From the human T2T-CHM13v2.0 reference genome, Homo sapiens, in NCBI RefSeq assembly GCF_009914755.1, contig NC_060939.1: a DNA stretch of 64,000 nucleotides. One strand, written 5' to 3'. The position numbers were made by a program, and so were the translations under genes. The notes beneath the pieces are model-generated. The model saw only the letters and a program-made list of their open reading frames with translations, did no database searches and was not told the origin of the DNA. Position 1 is the first letter of the stretch. Every line of letters starts with the position of its first letter. Of this stretch, positions 40,961 to 56,274 are shown piece after piece.

Positions 40961-41285
40961 CTGAAACCTCTTTACAGCAGGAAAAGAGGAGAGGAAAGCT
41001 GCTCTGTGACTGATGAACGGTGGTGTGATGGTGGGGTCTTTCCCCTGAGGGGCGCAGACCCAGAGATGTCAAGAATTGTTCTAGGTGGGCCCTGGGCCAC
41101 CTGCCCCCTCCTCAAGACTTCCATGAGTTACCTCTGTCCTGGGAGCTGAGTGGGGACCTCTGTGCCTTCCTCTCTCCCTCCCAGGCCTTCCTCTTTGCAC
41201 ATTTCTCCACCAACATCAACGCCCCTCCTGGGGCTTCCGGCTTCCACTGCCTATGACTCTTCCCTCCTGCGCTCCTCTAGGCTGA

Positions 41286-42281
<996 letters not shown>

Positions 42282-43313
42282 TAACGAGCATTACATGCCT
42301 AATTAATTCCCAGGCTTGGTCTGAGGATTCAACCTGGGGCCTGATTTCCATTCAGGGAAAATAAAAGGGAAATGTAAGAGGGCTCATAAGCTGTTTAGTA
42401 GGATTTAGGTCCTGCCTGCACTTGCCCATTCTGTACCCAAACCCAAACCACTGGGATTATCAGCCTGATAGGATAAAGCAAATACCTTGTCCAAGCAGAG
42501 GGAAGTGGGGTTTCCTTTCTGACCACCTTTCTGAAGCATCAGGACCAAATTCTCAAAGTTAGGATGTCTTAGAAGCCTCTTTTGATGGGGTCTGTCTTCT
42601 ACCCAAGTAAAGGTCCCTTCACTTTTTCCATGAAGCACAGCCCATCCTAGGTACCCGCTAATTAACATCTGATATGCCCCAGTGCGTGTTCCTCGATGTT
42701 GGGTAGATTTGCTCATTGGCACACAGTCAGGACCTTCTATACCCAGTCTGGTTTCCCTTTGTGAGATAGGGCATAGAATATGCAAGGATGTTGTCTTGGG
42801 AGGGGAGGGCCTGGGTGAAGGGTTAGCAAAGTTGAGGTCTTCCTGGCAAATGTCACTTTGAGATCACTACACTCTCTCCCATGGAGGCCGGGCTGGGGTT
42901 CTACCTCAATCCAGCACCAGATCAGAGGCGGAGCACAGGATAACCATTTCCCACTCCAAGTGAAGTACTGTCCTCACATTCAGGAATTTACGTGGGGGGA
43001 TGGAGGGGTGAAGACATCCATAAGGCAGTGAGGAAGAGTGGTGGAGAGGCTGAGCTTGGGCAGAAAGCTGATCTGAACTTAAATCCACATTCTGCCACCA
43101 ATTCAGTGTGTGATCTTGAGCAACTACTTATCTTCTCTGGGCCTCTGCTTCCAAATGTGTAAAATGAGATTATGACAGTACTCCCTGCTCTGGTCTGAAT
43201 GTGTCTCCCAAAAGTTCGTGTGTTGGAAACTTAATCCCTCTGCCCTCGTGAATGGATTAATGTTGTTATTACAGGAATGGGTTCATTATCTTGGGAGTGG
43301 CTTTGTTATGAAA

Positions 43314-43610
43314 GTACTGGTCTGTAGCCTGTTAGGAACCAGGCCACATGGCAGGAGGTGAGCAGCAGGTGAGCGAGCATTACTGCCTGAGCTCTGCCTC
43401 CTGTCAGATCAGTGGTGGCATTAGATTCTCATAGGAGCACACACCCTATTGTGAACTGTGCCTGCGAGGGATCTAGGTTGCAAGCTCCTTATGACAATCT
43501 AATGCCTGATGATCTGACATAGAACAGTTCCATCCTGAAACCATCCCCTTCATGGAAAAATTGTCCTCCATGAAACTGGTCCCTGGAGCAAAAAAGGCTG
43601 GGGATTGCTG
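43314..43610 (+). mobile_element. MER1B in the 5' LTR, left end missing
   Basis: 'gcctgttaggaacc..ctcctgtcagatcag..gcattagattctcatagga..tggaaaaattgtc.tcca.gaaactggtccctgg'. Confidence 0.9.
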
Positions 43611-44270
43611 CTTTACCACATGTCTGTGCCATGCTCTTGAACTTCCCAGCCTCCATAACCATGAGCTAAATAAACCTCTATTTTAAATAAATTACCCAGT
43701 CTGTGGTATTCAGTTATAGCAATAGAAAACAGACTGTGACAGAAAATTGATACTGAAAAATGGGATTGTTGTTACAGCAGATACCTGAAAATGTGGAAGG
43801 GTTTGAGGACTGGGTAATGGGTAGAAGCAGGAACAGTTCTGAAGTGAATGCTGGAAAAAGTCTGCATTGTGAACAGAGCATTAAGGGTGATCCTGGTGAA
43901 AGCTCACAAGAAGAGAAGACTGGAGAAAGTCTGGAACTTTTTAGAGATTAAATGGTTGTGACCAGAATGTTGATAGAAATATGCATAGCAAAGGCCACTC
44001 TGACAAAGTCATAGATGGAACTAAGAAACAAGGTATTGGAAACTGGAGCAAAGGCCATCCTTGTTATAAAGTAGCAAAGAACTTGGCTGAACTATGCTTG
44101 TGCTTGAGAAGATTACGGAAGGCAGAATTTAAGAGTGATGAGCCAGGATATCTGGTGGGAGAAATATCTAAGCTGCAAAGCACGCAGCCTGCTGCATGCC
44201 TGCTTTTAACTGATTACAGTAAAGTAAGATAGGAAAGACAGGATTTAAAGACAGAATTTATGATTAAAAA

Positions 44271-44564
<294 letters not shown>

Positions 44565-45200
44565 CTAGTCATGCAAAGAGGGAAAAGGTAGGTTTTGGAA
44601 ATGGCACCTAGGTGTGGCCAAGAGATTGTTTGCTGAAGAGATTACCATACACAGAAGACACCAAGACAATAGGGAGAAAGACCCTGAAGAACATTTCAGA
44701 GATCTCTGAGGCTGCCCCTCCCATAACAGGCCCCGAGCTCTAGGAGGGCAGAATGGTTTTGGGGGAAGGGCCCCAGGGTGCCCTCCACAGGCTCCATGCC
44801 CAGAGCCAACTAGGGTCTCTGCTCCCTGAATTCCAGCACAGCATAGTGCTCCTTGGCTGACCCAGTCACAGCTCAAGCAGGCCCAGGTGCAGCTTTGGCC
44901 ATCACTCTGGAGGGAACAGGCAGTAAGCCTTGGTGGCGTCCATGTGGTACTGACTCTGCAGGTATGCAGAGTGTGTGCACTGTGGGGTCATGGTGGCCTC
45001 CATCTAGATTTCAAAGGATGTAGCAGATGGTCTGGGTACCCAGGCATAGGCTGATCCCAGCAAGGCTATGGGGATGGGGCTGTCTGAGGCCTTGGGGGCC
45101 CAACCCCCACACCAGTGTGTCCAGACTGCAAGACACGGAGTCAAAGGAAATTATTCTCCAGCTTTAAGACCAAATATAATTTTCCCTGTTGGTTTTGGAT

Positions 45201-45514
45201 TTATTTATTTTTATTTTTTATTTTTATTTTTTGTGAGACGGAGTCTCGCCCTGTTGCCCAGACTAGAGTGCAGCGCCATGATCTTGGCTTACTGCAACTT
45301 CTGCCTCCTGGGTTCAAGCAATTCTTTGCCTCAGCCTCCCCAGTAGCTGGGATTACAGGCGCCCACCACCACACCCAGCTAATTTTTTGTATTTTTAGTA
45401 GAGACAGGGTTTTACCATTTTGGCCAGGCTGGTCTTGAACTCCTGACCTTGTGATCCACCTGCCTCGGCCTCCCAAAGTGCTGGGATTACAGGCATGGGC
45501 CACCATGCCCAGCC
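45201..45514 (-). mobile_element. AluS in the MST internal region
   Basis: Antisense Alu; TSD tggattta. Confidence 0.95.
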
Positions 45515-45823
45515 TGGATTTACTTGTTATTCCTTTCTTCTTGCTAATTCCTCCCTTTTGGAACGGAAGTGTCTGTCCTATACCTGTCCCACCATTGCAT
45601 TTTGGAAGTAGATAACTTGAATTCACAATCTCACAGCTGGAGGGAATTTACCTCAAGATGAAATGTGCCTTGAGTCTCACCCATATCTGATTCAGATGAG
45701 ACTCTGGACTTTGGACTTCTGAGTTGGTGTTGGAACAGTTAAGACTTTGTGGCTATTGGGATGGAATGAATATATTTTACATGTCAGAAGACATGAATTT
45801 TGGGGGTTGGGGTGGAATGCTGG

Positions 45824-46143
45824 TTTTTTTTTTTTGTTTTTGTTTTTTGGTTTTTCTTTTTGAGACAGGATCTCACTCTGTCACCCAGGCTGGAGTACAG
45901 TGGTGTGATCTTGGCTCAGTGCAAACTCCATCTCCCAGGCTCAATTGATCCTCCCCCCTCAGCCTCCTGAGTAGCTGGGACTACAGGGACATGCCACCAT
46001 GCCTGGCTAATTTTTGTATTTTTTGTAGAGATGGGGTCTTACCATGTTGCCCAGGATGGTCTCGAACTCCTGAACTCAAGCGATCCTTGCACCTCAGCCT
46101 CCCAAAGTGCTCGGAATACAGGCGTGAGCCACTGTGTCTAGGC
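45824..46143 (-). mobile_element. AluJ at the start of the MST 3' LTR
   Basis: Antisense Alu flanked by aatgct(at)ggttt. Confidence 0.9.
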
Positions 46144-46703
46144 AAATGCTATGGTTTGAATGTGTTCCCCAAAAGTTTATGTGTTGGAAACAATCCCTCT
46201 GCCCTCATGAATGGATTAATGAGTGTTCTGCCCTCATGATGAATTAATGGATTAATGAGGGCTCTGCCCTCATGCATGAATTCATGTCACTGTTACAGGA
46301 GTGGGTTCATTATCGCAGGAGTGGCTTTGTTGTAAAAGTGAGCTCTCTCTGGCTCTCTTGCCCTCTTGTCATGTGATGCCCTCTGCCATGTTATGAAACA
46401 GCAAGAAGGCCCTCACCAGATGCCAGTGTCACGCTCTCGTACTTCCCAGCCTTCAGAACCATGAGCTAAAAAAAAATCCTTTTCTTTATTAATTACCCGG
46501 TCTGTGGCATTCTGTTATAGCAACAGAAAATGGACTAAGACAATACCTCAGGGGGTTGTTGTGTAGTTTAAATGAGCTGAGGTACCCAGAGTATGCAGCA
46601 AAGTACCGGACACAGAGTAAGAACTTCATAAGTAGTATTACGGTAGTTGTTTTATTAGTAGTATATTATTTCTTCTAATATTACTGCTACTACAATCACC
46701 ATG

Positions 46704-46740
46704 ACTACTACTACTGCTGCTGCTGCCGCTGCTGCTGCCA
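46704..46740. repeat. (CTA)n/(CTG)n trinucleotide repeat
   Basis: 'actactactactgctgctgctgccgctgctgctgcc'. Confidence 0.85.
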
Positions 46741-47331
46741 CTCTAATGGTCCTGTTGTGCTTAAACTCCTCAGTGTTGCAATAACTGCACAATGTGGCCT
46801 CACCTTGTACATTCAACCTTTATTTCCCCAAAGTGATTTTGCTTGACATGGGCTGATACCCCACACACATTCCCATCTCCGTGCCTTTGCTCATGAGGTC
46901 CCTGGCCTGGGAGGCCCTTCTTCCCCCTTTACCTAGCCAAATTCTACTCCTCCTTCAAAGCCAAAGCTTTTATCCAGCTTCCACCATGAACCACACCCTC
47001 CAAAGGCAAATATTGAGGTCCTTCCTTATGCATTTCTATGGTGTTTATGATGACGATGAAATGTTTTAAAGACACAAAAAGTAATGAAACAAACACCCAT
47101 GTACCCACTACTTAGATTAAAAAGGAGAAGACAAATTGTCAGTACAACCGAAGTCTCCTGTGTTCACTTCCTGAATGTGCTTCTCTTTTTCTTCTTAGAG
47201 GTAACCAGCATCCTGGATGTGATGTTCATCACTGCCATGAGTATCTTTCTGTTTTTAACACACATATATATCCACTATCAATATATATTATAGTTTTGCA
47301 TGTTTTTAAGCTTCACATCTACGGGTGAATC

Positions 47332-47791
47332 TGTGGCTGATGGCTTGTGTCCTCTGAGCCACAGCCCCTCAGCCCACCTGCTTTCAGCACAGCTGTGGTG
47401 ACAGCTCAGAGCACCCCGCCAGTGGCCCCACTTCAGTCCAGTGTCCTTTCTGCTTTCCTGCCTTGGGCTTTCTCCCGAGTTCCAGGAGGCTGATCAGCCT
47501 GTGCAGGCACAGCCAGAGGGGCCAGGAGCTGGCATCCCTGGGGACAACCTTCAACCAACGGGAACAAGGATCAGTGATAACCACCCCAGGTCTGTCCTTC
47601 AGAGGCCATTTCTCAAGTCCACGCTGCATGATTCTTCGGAGGGACTCCAGCTGCCCACAGCAGTGACCTACTCAGTCATGCACCCTTTACTGGCTTTCCT
47701 CTTCTCTATCCTTTCTCCCTGCTCCCTCATTCTCCCTCCCAAAGAAGCTCCCTGCACACTGGTTCTGCCTTTGGGAACCCAAGCTAAGGCA
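47332..47791 (+). mobile_element. LTR16-like ERVL solo LTR inside an antisense L1M
   Basis: Starts 'tgtggc', contains 'ctccagctgcccacagc', ends 'gggaacccaagctaaggca'; L1-like flanks at ~47065-47320 and ~47795-48000. Confidence 0.75.
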
Positions 47792-48809
47792 GTATTGCTT
47801 TTGCTCTCTGCATTGCTTTGCAGAATTATCCACGTTGCTCCATATTACTCTATTCATTCATTTTCACGGCCACACAGCATTCCACAGAACTGAATATATA
47901 TCCCCTTTCCAGGTGATGGACATTTGTGTTGCCTCCAATGTTTTGCTATCACACACAGTGCTGCACTGAGCATTCCCATCCAGGTTTTCTGACAGCCTCA
48001 GTGTTTCCTATTGGCTTTTTGACACCGAGTCACACCTGCCTTGACCGTCATTTCATCTTTGGAGTCCATGTCTTCCTAACTAAAGGCAAGCCCTGGAAAG
48101 TAGAGGAAGGAAAGGGGCGGGGAGGCAAATTAATTCACCAAATAAATTGAGCAGGGAGCTGGGAGCCTTAAACATAAGCTGAATTCAGATTGGTACCCAG
48201 CTTGGCATCACCATCCACTCCCAAAGGACCACTCATTCATTCATGTAGGAAGTATTTATGCGCCGGGCACATTAACTGGGATAACAAGCGTCTATCAACT
48301 TCCCCTTCCCCTCTCTAATTCCTCCTTGCATTTTTTCTTTCTTCCCTGCTTCCCTGGGGATCCTCCCAGGCCTCAGGGACTCTTGCAGAAAGGGAAGTGC
48401 AGAGGCAAAGGCCCTGTCCCTGGCTGGGCTGCTATCCTTGCCAGCAATAACCTACGCTGTCTCTTAGAACAACATGCTGATAATGACATTTCATGGCCTG
48501 TTACCCTGCATGCAGATGGCCTGCAAGTGGCAGCTCCGAGTGCTTGTTGCCGGTCAGGCCTCAGTGATGCTGGGAGGGTGATGGGGAAACAGTCCTCGCA
48601 GCATCCAGCCCTCCCATTACACCCCACCTGCTCTGGGAAGGCATCCCTGACTCTCCCAGGCACCAAATCCTGTAGGATTTAGCATTTCCGTCTCATACTT
48701 ACCATGAGTCAATGAACCAATAAGCATTTACTAAACATCTACTACAGTTGGGATAACTAAACCCACTATCTGCCAAAATGAGCCTGTCAGTTTTCGTATC
48801 TGAGCTCTA

Positions 48810-48990
48810 CTGCTTTCTTAGTGGATGGCTTCAGGCAGGTGACTTAATCTTTCTATGCCTCAGTTTCCTTAGCTGTAGATAAGAATGGTCCCTGCTTCAT
48901 AGGGTTGCCATGAGGGCAAAAGCAGTAATCATGTGTAGGTCCATAGAGAAGCACCTGGCACGTAGTAAGTGCTCTTTGAGGGTGAGCTCT
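48810..48990 (+). mobile_element. MIR
   Basis: 'gcctcagtttcc..cttcatagggttgccatgagg..cctggcacgtagtaagtgctc'. Confidence 0.85.
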
Positions 48991-51170
48991 TATAACGTGG
49001 AAATTCTCCTGGTCTCATCATAGGGTGGGGTGAGGGCAAGTGGGTGGAGAAATGCAAGAAGCTCTGAAACTCAATTGGGGCAGCTCTCTTCCATCAGAAC
49101 AGGTCTCTCCCACCATCCTGGCAGCCCTCGGCAGGCAGGAGTTTATTTCCCTTATTAGACTAGATTTTCCCTAGGAAAGTCATCTTCCTCCTCAGATTAG
49201 AGGCTCTCCAGCAGTAGGAACAATGTCCTCGCCAGTCTGGCTGCTGCCCACTGTGTCTAGCCCGGGGTTCCCCACTGCCACTTCTTCTCTGGAAGAGGAG
49301 GTGATCGGGACAAGCACAGGAGGCACCCTCAACCCTGACATCCCCATGGCCACATGATACCTGGAGGTTTGAATAATTAACAGGAAATGTAAAAACAACT
49401 GCTTGAAACACTCAAAAAATTCTTTTTATTATCAGCTAATGGTAGCACTTACCAAAGCGGTTTTATATGTAATAAAATTTCTTTATTGTTTCAGGCTTGG
49501 CTTAGAGAGGCAGAAAAGGAGACAAGCCCAGAGCCAGGGAGAGCAAAGAGAAGAGTAATTAACAAGATGAATAATGGAAACTTCCTAGGAGCACCAGGAA
49601 TGATAAATTGAGGTGCATACCTGGCTTCTCTTCAAAGACGGGGTGACGGAAAAAGCAGAATTTCTGAGCCCAGGTTTGGGGAGATGTTGATACTTTGGTA
49701 TGGAGGAAAGAGCAGGGCTCAGGGGAGAGCTGGATTCTTCTCCTGGTTTTGCTATTTGACCATGGGCATGTCACTTCCCTGCCTGCCTCTGAGCCTCCAT
49801 TTTCTCCTTTATAAAATCGAGGGATGGTTAAGGGAGCGATGCCCTAAAGTCCCCTCAGTGGCTAAGGCTTTGCATCTTTGTGATGTTAGAATCTGTTTTT
49901 CACTATTTCCTCTCCTTTCACACCAGGGATAATAAGATTATAGTCTTTTTGCGGCACTTTAATTTAACGAGGCTGTTCAAGCACATCCCATAAAAACATG
50001 GGCGGTGTGCCAGGAGAACAGTAATGTCCCCATTTTACAGATGAAAAAACTGAGGCCCAGGCAAGCTAAGTCCCCATTGCTTCAGTTACAACTACTAGCA
50101 GCCCAAGGTCACACCTATTATGAAACAGATACCAGGCTGAACCCCGGTTCTGCCTCTGAGTCCTGTGTTCTTCCCACCTTATAATGCAGTTTCCTAGGGC
50201 AGATGATGAGAAATTGAGCCAAGTTCACAAATCCAGTCACCTGGGTCTCACTGGCATCTGTGCCGAGCAGCACCTGGATCCAAAGCAGGAGGGGAAAAAA
50301 GAAGTGGGCATTCCAGGGAAGGCTTAGTTTAACCCTTGGGCACCTGTAGGGCTTAACAGTTCACTCAGGGCACATACTCCTGCCAGTGCAGTCTAGGGAA
50401 TGGTTCTCAAATTACAGTCCCCAGGCCAGCAGCACCAGCAGGACTGTCTCCTGTGAACTTGCTGGAAATGCAGTCTCGGGCTCCACCTCAGCCCTACCAA
50501 AGGAGAAATGAATGATAAATGGGTCCATTTTCTACAGGGTAATGAGGTGACTACCTATGCGATAGAATTTGAGGGATGCCAGGGATGGGATGCATCACTC
50601 CACCGAAAAACATCGCCCTTGAGCAGACATGAAGAGACAGAGGAACTTCCATTCCACAGCGAAGAGGTCAGCAAGGATAAATGCTCCCAGGAATGGAACT
50701 GCGGTGACCCCACCCACTCCCAGAGGTGGCGGGAGAGGCTTTGCTCAGAGCAGGTCCTGACAGCTGAGGAGGAGGGGAGTTCAGTGATTCTTGATCTCAG
50801 CCTAACTTCAGCCTGGGGACCACGTCTCCTGCCTACGGGAAGAGGGAAGAGAGTGGATATGTGCATTTGCTCTCTAATGTGCTGAGCACTGAGTTAGACC
50901 TTTTACTGTTATCATTTCATTTGGTTCTCACAGATAGGCATTCTCCCTACTTTACAGACAGAGAAACAGACACAGTGAGTTGAGTAGACTGCCCAACGTA
51001 ACTCAGGTTACGTTAAGTGGCTGCACCAGGGTTTAAGTTTCAACCTAGGTCTCGATTTCACCCCTCCCACCCCTGCTTTCTCCACCGGACTACATCCTCT
51101 AGGAAGCCTGGACTGTCTCAAAGCCCGGCACCTCCAGACAGAGCAGAGGTGAGCCATTTGGCTGAGGGTT

Positions 51171-51272
51171 CTGAGCCGGGTCAGGCGGCGGTGGGGTGAC
51201 GGTCCTGAGCCGGGTCAGGCGGCGGTGGGGTGACGGTCCTGAGCCGGGTCAGGCGGCGGTGGGGTGACGGTC
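51171..51272. repeat. Minisatellite, 3 perfect 34-bp units
   Basis: ctgagccgggtcaggcggcggtggggtgacggtc starting at 51171, 51205 and 51239. Confidence 0.97.
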
Positions 51273-52044
51273 AGCCTTCTCTCATCCCTACCTCGTAGCA
51301 AGTGTCAGTTACAGTGTCCGAACTGCTGGTCTTTCAATGATGTTCGCTGGGGTTTAAGAGATGAAAATGCCTCACGTGGTATCAGAGGGCTTACTGTCCA
51401 ACAAGGAAGACAAATGTAACCCAGTCGAAACAGTTGCCAATGGCAGACAGTAAGTGGCTAGACACCAAAGTGAGTGGTTTAACAATTCAGAGAGGGGAAA
51501 GAGAGCTGAGTGTGACCTGGAGCAGCTCAGGAGGGCTTCCTGGGTGAGGTGGCAGGTTACAGGTTCGATCTTTGGCCCTCAGATTCAGCACCTGTGGTGG
51601 TGGTGGCTGCAGAAAGTGAGGCACTTCGGACTGGCTCTTCGTCAGCACACTAAAACAATTCCAGATGTTTCACTAATGCAATCCCGGCCTCTTTCTCACA
51701 TAACAATCATCTTTTAATGACACACACTAATGCAGATTGGGTACACCGGGAAGTATATTTCACAGCGATACGTTCTCTGTCCTTCAGGTAGGGCCCCCTC
51801 CAAGTCCTACAAGGTGAGGAAGCTGTCTACAGTGGTGGTGGGAGGAAGGTTCATGCCAAGGGCTGATTATGTGGGCACAGAGGTGGCAGTGCTAAATCGG
51901 GAGGGTGAAGCCAGTGGATGAGGAGAGGAGTGGAGGGCATTCCAGGGCCTGTCCCTCATCTGGCTGTCGGAGCACTCACATCACGACTGTCATCACTCAC
52001 TTCCATGGTTGAAACTTCTAGTAGACTGAAGCTCCAGGGAACAG

Positions 52045-52228
52045 GAACACCATGCATGGTTATGTATGTTGTGCACTGCTCAAGGTACCTGGCCAAGGGG
52101 AAAATGGGGCTGAAATCTAGTCCTCAACTGCCCTACTATAGATTCGTATCCACTCAGAGGAAGGGACTTTTTTTTTTTTTTCCCCCCCGGTTTTCACAAA
52201 GAGGCCACTTAGGCTGACAATAGCCCTG
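52045..52228. mobile_element. MER91-like MITE
   Basis: 'gttgtgcactgc.caagg..cctggccaagggg..ggggctgaaatc'. Confidence 0.65.
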
Positions 52229-52780
52229 CCCGAGACCATGCCTGTTTGGTCCTGGCTATATCTCTCTCAGTACATGTTTGGTGCATAAATACCTGAATGA
52301 AAATAAATAAATGAATGAACATAAGCAAGAATCCATGAATGACTGCATGGCAAAAAGAACTCTTTGAGATGGGCAGGTTTGTTTTTCCCAATTGGTAAAT
52401 AAGAAGCTGACTTTTGAAAATTGGGGCAGGAACAGTTCTTCCTGTCTAAGCTGGATACAGCTCTGGGCACGGAACAGGTCTTTGGTAAGTTGATCGACTG
52501 GGCAAGAGATAAACTGTGTTTATTAAGGCTCACAGACTGCTGGGCAGAAAATGCAAGCTCTCTGCCTTAGGCTCACTACAGAACAAGATGAAGAACTTCT
52601 CTGGACCTCAGATTTCCTGTCTGCAGAGTGGGGGTACCCACAACCCCTTCCTCAGAGGGTTTCCATGACAGTGAATGGAACTGTGCATGAGAAAGGGCTC
52701 TGTGCTCCACAACAACTGCCCCCATGCACGGAGGGTCGCCTTGCGCTGCACATTGCACTAGGTGCCTCCGATGTACTGTT

Positions 52781-53005
52781 CAAAGGTTGGCAAACTGTGG
52801 CCTCTGGGTCAAACCCTGCCTGCCATTTGTTTTTGTAAATAAGGCTTTATGAATCACAGCAGGCCATTTCTTTGTATGCTACCTGTGTCTGCTTTTGCTC
52901 TCCAATAGCAGAGTGGAATCGTTGCGACAGAAACCTTGTATGTGGTTTGCAAAACCTAAAATATTTACTATCTGGTCCTTTACAGAAAAAGTTTGCCAAT
53001 CCCTG
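52781..53005 (+). mobile_element. MER58A
   Basis: 'ggttggcaaact..tgtttttgtaaataa..cctaaaatatttactatctggtcctttacagaaaaagtttgccaatccctg'. Confidence 0.9.
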
Positions 53006-53301
53006 TATTAACTCATTTAAGCCTTCTAACTACCCTCTGAGTTTAGGGCTCATAATATCATCACTCCCATTTTACAGATGAGAAAACAGATGAGACACAG
53101 AGTAGCTAAGTTACGTGCTCAAGGTCATACAGCAAGGAAGTGGCAGAGCTGGGATCTAAACCAGGGTCAGCCTGAGTCCATGCTCTTAAAAACCAAATCA
53201 TCCTGCCTCTCTTGACCCTTAAGCAGCTTTTCTGATCATAAGGGTTCATGTACAAGATCCTCGACCCCCAGGACAAGGAGGGCTCTAGCTCAACAACTTA
53301 G

Positions 53302-53727
<426 letters not shown>

Positions 53728-53781
53728 TAAACTTCTGGGGAACAGATATTTTTCCAGGGAGCTCAGAGCACTGGGGGGGAA

Positions 53782-54234
53782 CATATCAGTTTCCCAGCAC
53801 TGCTGTAAAAATCCACCACAAACTGGGTGGCTTAAAACACAGACATTTATCAACTCACAGTTCCAGAGGTAGAAGTTCTGAAATCCCAAGTCCTGGCAGG
53901 GACACACTCCCCCTGAAACCTGTTAGGGCAGTCCCTCCTCGCCCCTCCCAGCTTCTGGTTTGCTGGCATCCTTGGCCTTCCTTGCTGGCCGCTGCATAAC
54001 TGCAGGCTCCGCTTTGGCCACCTCATGGGATCCCCCATTTGCATGTCTTTACACGGCCTAGGACTGCAGGGCATACTGGATCAGGTGCCCAGCCTCCTCC
54101 AGTATGACCTCATCTTAATTTAACTGATGACATCTGCAATGACCCTACTTCCAAATAAGGTCGGTCACATTCAGGCACTGGGGGTTAGGACTTCAATATG
54201 CTTTTTTAGAGGGGACATAATTCAGCCTGTAACA
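53782..54234 (-). mobile_element. MLT1B/C solo LTR
   Basis: 'ccacaaactgggtggcttaaaac..ctcacagttc..ccagtatgacctcatcttaa..ttccaaataagg'; 5-bp TSD gggaa. Confidence 0.9.
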
Positions 54235-55821
54235 GGGAATGTCTCAAAACTCTGAGGGGCTGTCTCAATCCTTCCGAATCAGGGACCCAGCCAGAGATAG
54301 AAGAGAGTCCTTCAGGCAAACAAGGCGGGCTGGGGCCATGGCTGTTTCTTATGGTAAATATTATCTTCTAGAGCTTTCCTTGTCTTCACAGATTGAGAGC
54401 TCTTCGAGGCTGGGTCTGAGTCTTATTCCCTCTGACTCCAGCAGGTGCAAGCACATAGTAGGTATTCAACAGTGGTTGGCAACCCAATGGTCATGTCTAA
54501 GTGTCTCTCAGTGCCACTGTCAGAAATGTAGCAGGGCCACAGGGCTGACCAGCTCTGTGGGTCCTCTTGGGCTGAAATCAGATCAAAGAACAGGGCCTTG
54601 CCAGGCCAGCTGGGATGCTGGGGGCGTCCTGGGGGACTGAACTGGCCCCATCTGCTCTCCTGGCAGGACTTCTGAGGGATGTCTGGGCAGAAGCCACGAT
54701 AATACCACACTGCGTGGCCCAGAGGCCCTTCGCCTGTGTGTTTGCACAGTGAATGTAATTATGCCCGCGTGATGTTGACACAAAAGAAGCCATATTTGAG
54801 AAGGCTTTATCAGCATCCAGAGTCCCAGATGACCACAACAGAAAGGTTTTCACACACTGCAATCTAAGGAACGTCCTACCCAGAAGAACTGTCCCTGCTG
54901 AGAAGCCAGACTCTTTAGAAGCTGTAATGGGGCAGTGACAGGCACCAGGAACCTACTCATGTCCCCACATGGGACTCTGTCATTTATTCACTCAACAGAC
55001 ACACCCAGTTTCTAGTGAACTGAGCACTGGGGAATTGAAGATGAAAAAGACCCAATACCAGCCCCAGAGCGGGAAGGATGAACAGAAGTAAGCGACCACA
55101 TAAATGCTGAAGTATTTACAGATCAACTAACACGATGCCTGGGCAAGGGGGAAAGGGAGTGGGGTAATCATGACATGGGAGTCATTATATTATTCTTTTG
55201 CTTTTATATATATTTGAAATATTCCTCAATAAGGCTTTTAAGAAACAAAAACTGAAAAGATGCAAGGGGTGCTTGGTGTAGTGGGTGGTGTATGGAGGAA
55301 AGTTTTGAGAATGCTTCCCACAGGAGGCAGTGATCTGGGTCTAATCTGAGAAAGGAGAGGAAACCTCGACCCTTGGGGAGCTTGTACAAAGCAATGAACA
55401 TCTCCACTATGGCAAGGTGATGTGGAAGGAATATAGTTGCTAGCATCACCCAGACCTGGGTTCGAATCCCATCCATAAATTAGGGAAAATAATACATACC
55501 TTATAGAGTAGTTGTTGGTACTAAGGAAGGTAATAGGAGAGAAGGGGCAATGCAGTAGACACTGAATTGTGATCATTTCATCCAACCCTCCACTCATTAA
55601 TCCATCCATCACCTGCTCATTACCACACTGTGTTCTCTCTGTGCTCCAGTCCACATTGTGAACTTCTTCAAGGCAGAAAGGGAGAATGTACATCTTTCTA
55701 TCTCTGATGCCACACACAGGGCCAGCACCCCAGGAGGTGCCCATAATTCTCAAGAGTAAACAGGTGATGAGATGTCCTCTTACTTCTGCATTAGGGGGTC
55801 ACTTTTCTTAAAAATTGAACT

Positions 55822-56126
<305 letters not shown>

Positions 56127-56274
56127 AATTGAACTGGAATGTGAGGAGAATGGAGAGGTGATGTCTTAACCATAAGGCTTGTGTCCACAGAACGAGGAGC
56201 TGGGAGAAAGTCTTAGCAGTGCCCTGCAGCAGGACAGACTGGATTATGAAGCTCAAACAGTGCAAGATGAAAAA

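Noticed and set aside
43760-44232. Short ORFs inside the MaLR internal region
   Set aside because: Fragments of decayed MST internal sequence, broken by stops and an Alu
46704-46740. CTG repeat as a disease-type expansion locus
   Set aside because: Short, interrupted and not in an identifiable gene
51171-51272. 34-bp direct repeats as a CRISPR array
   Set aside because: Units are contiguous with no spacers, there are no cas genes, and the context is eukaryotic
51545-51600. GGTTCGATC as a tRNA T-loop
   Set aside because: No acceptor, D or anticodon stems and no Pol III terminator
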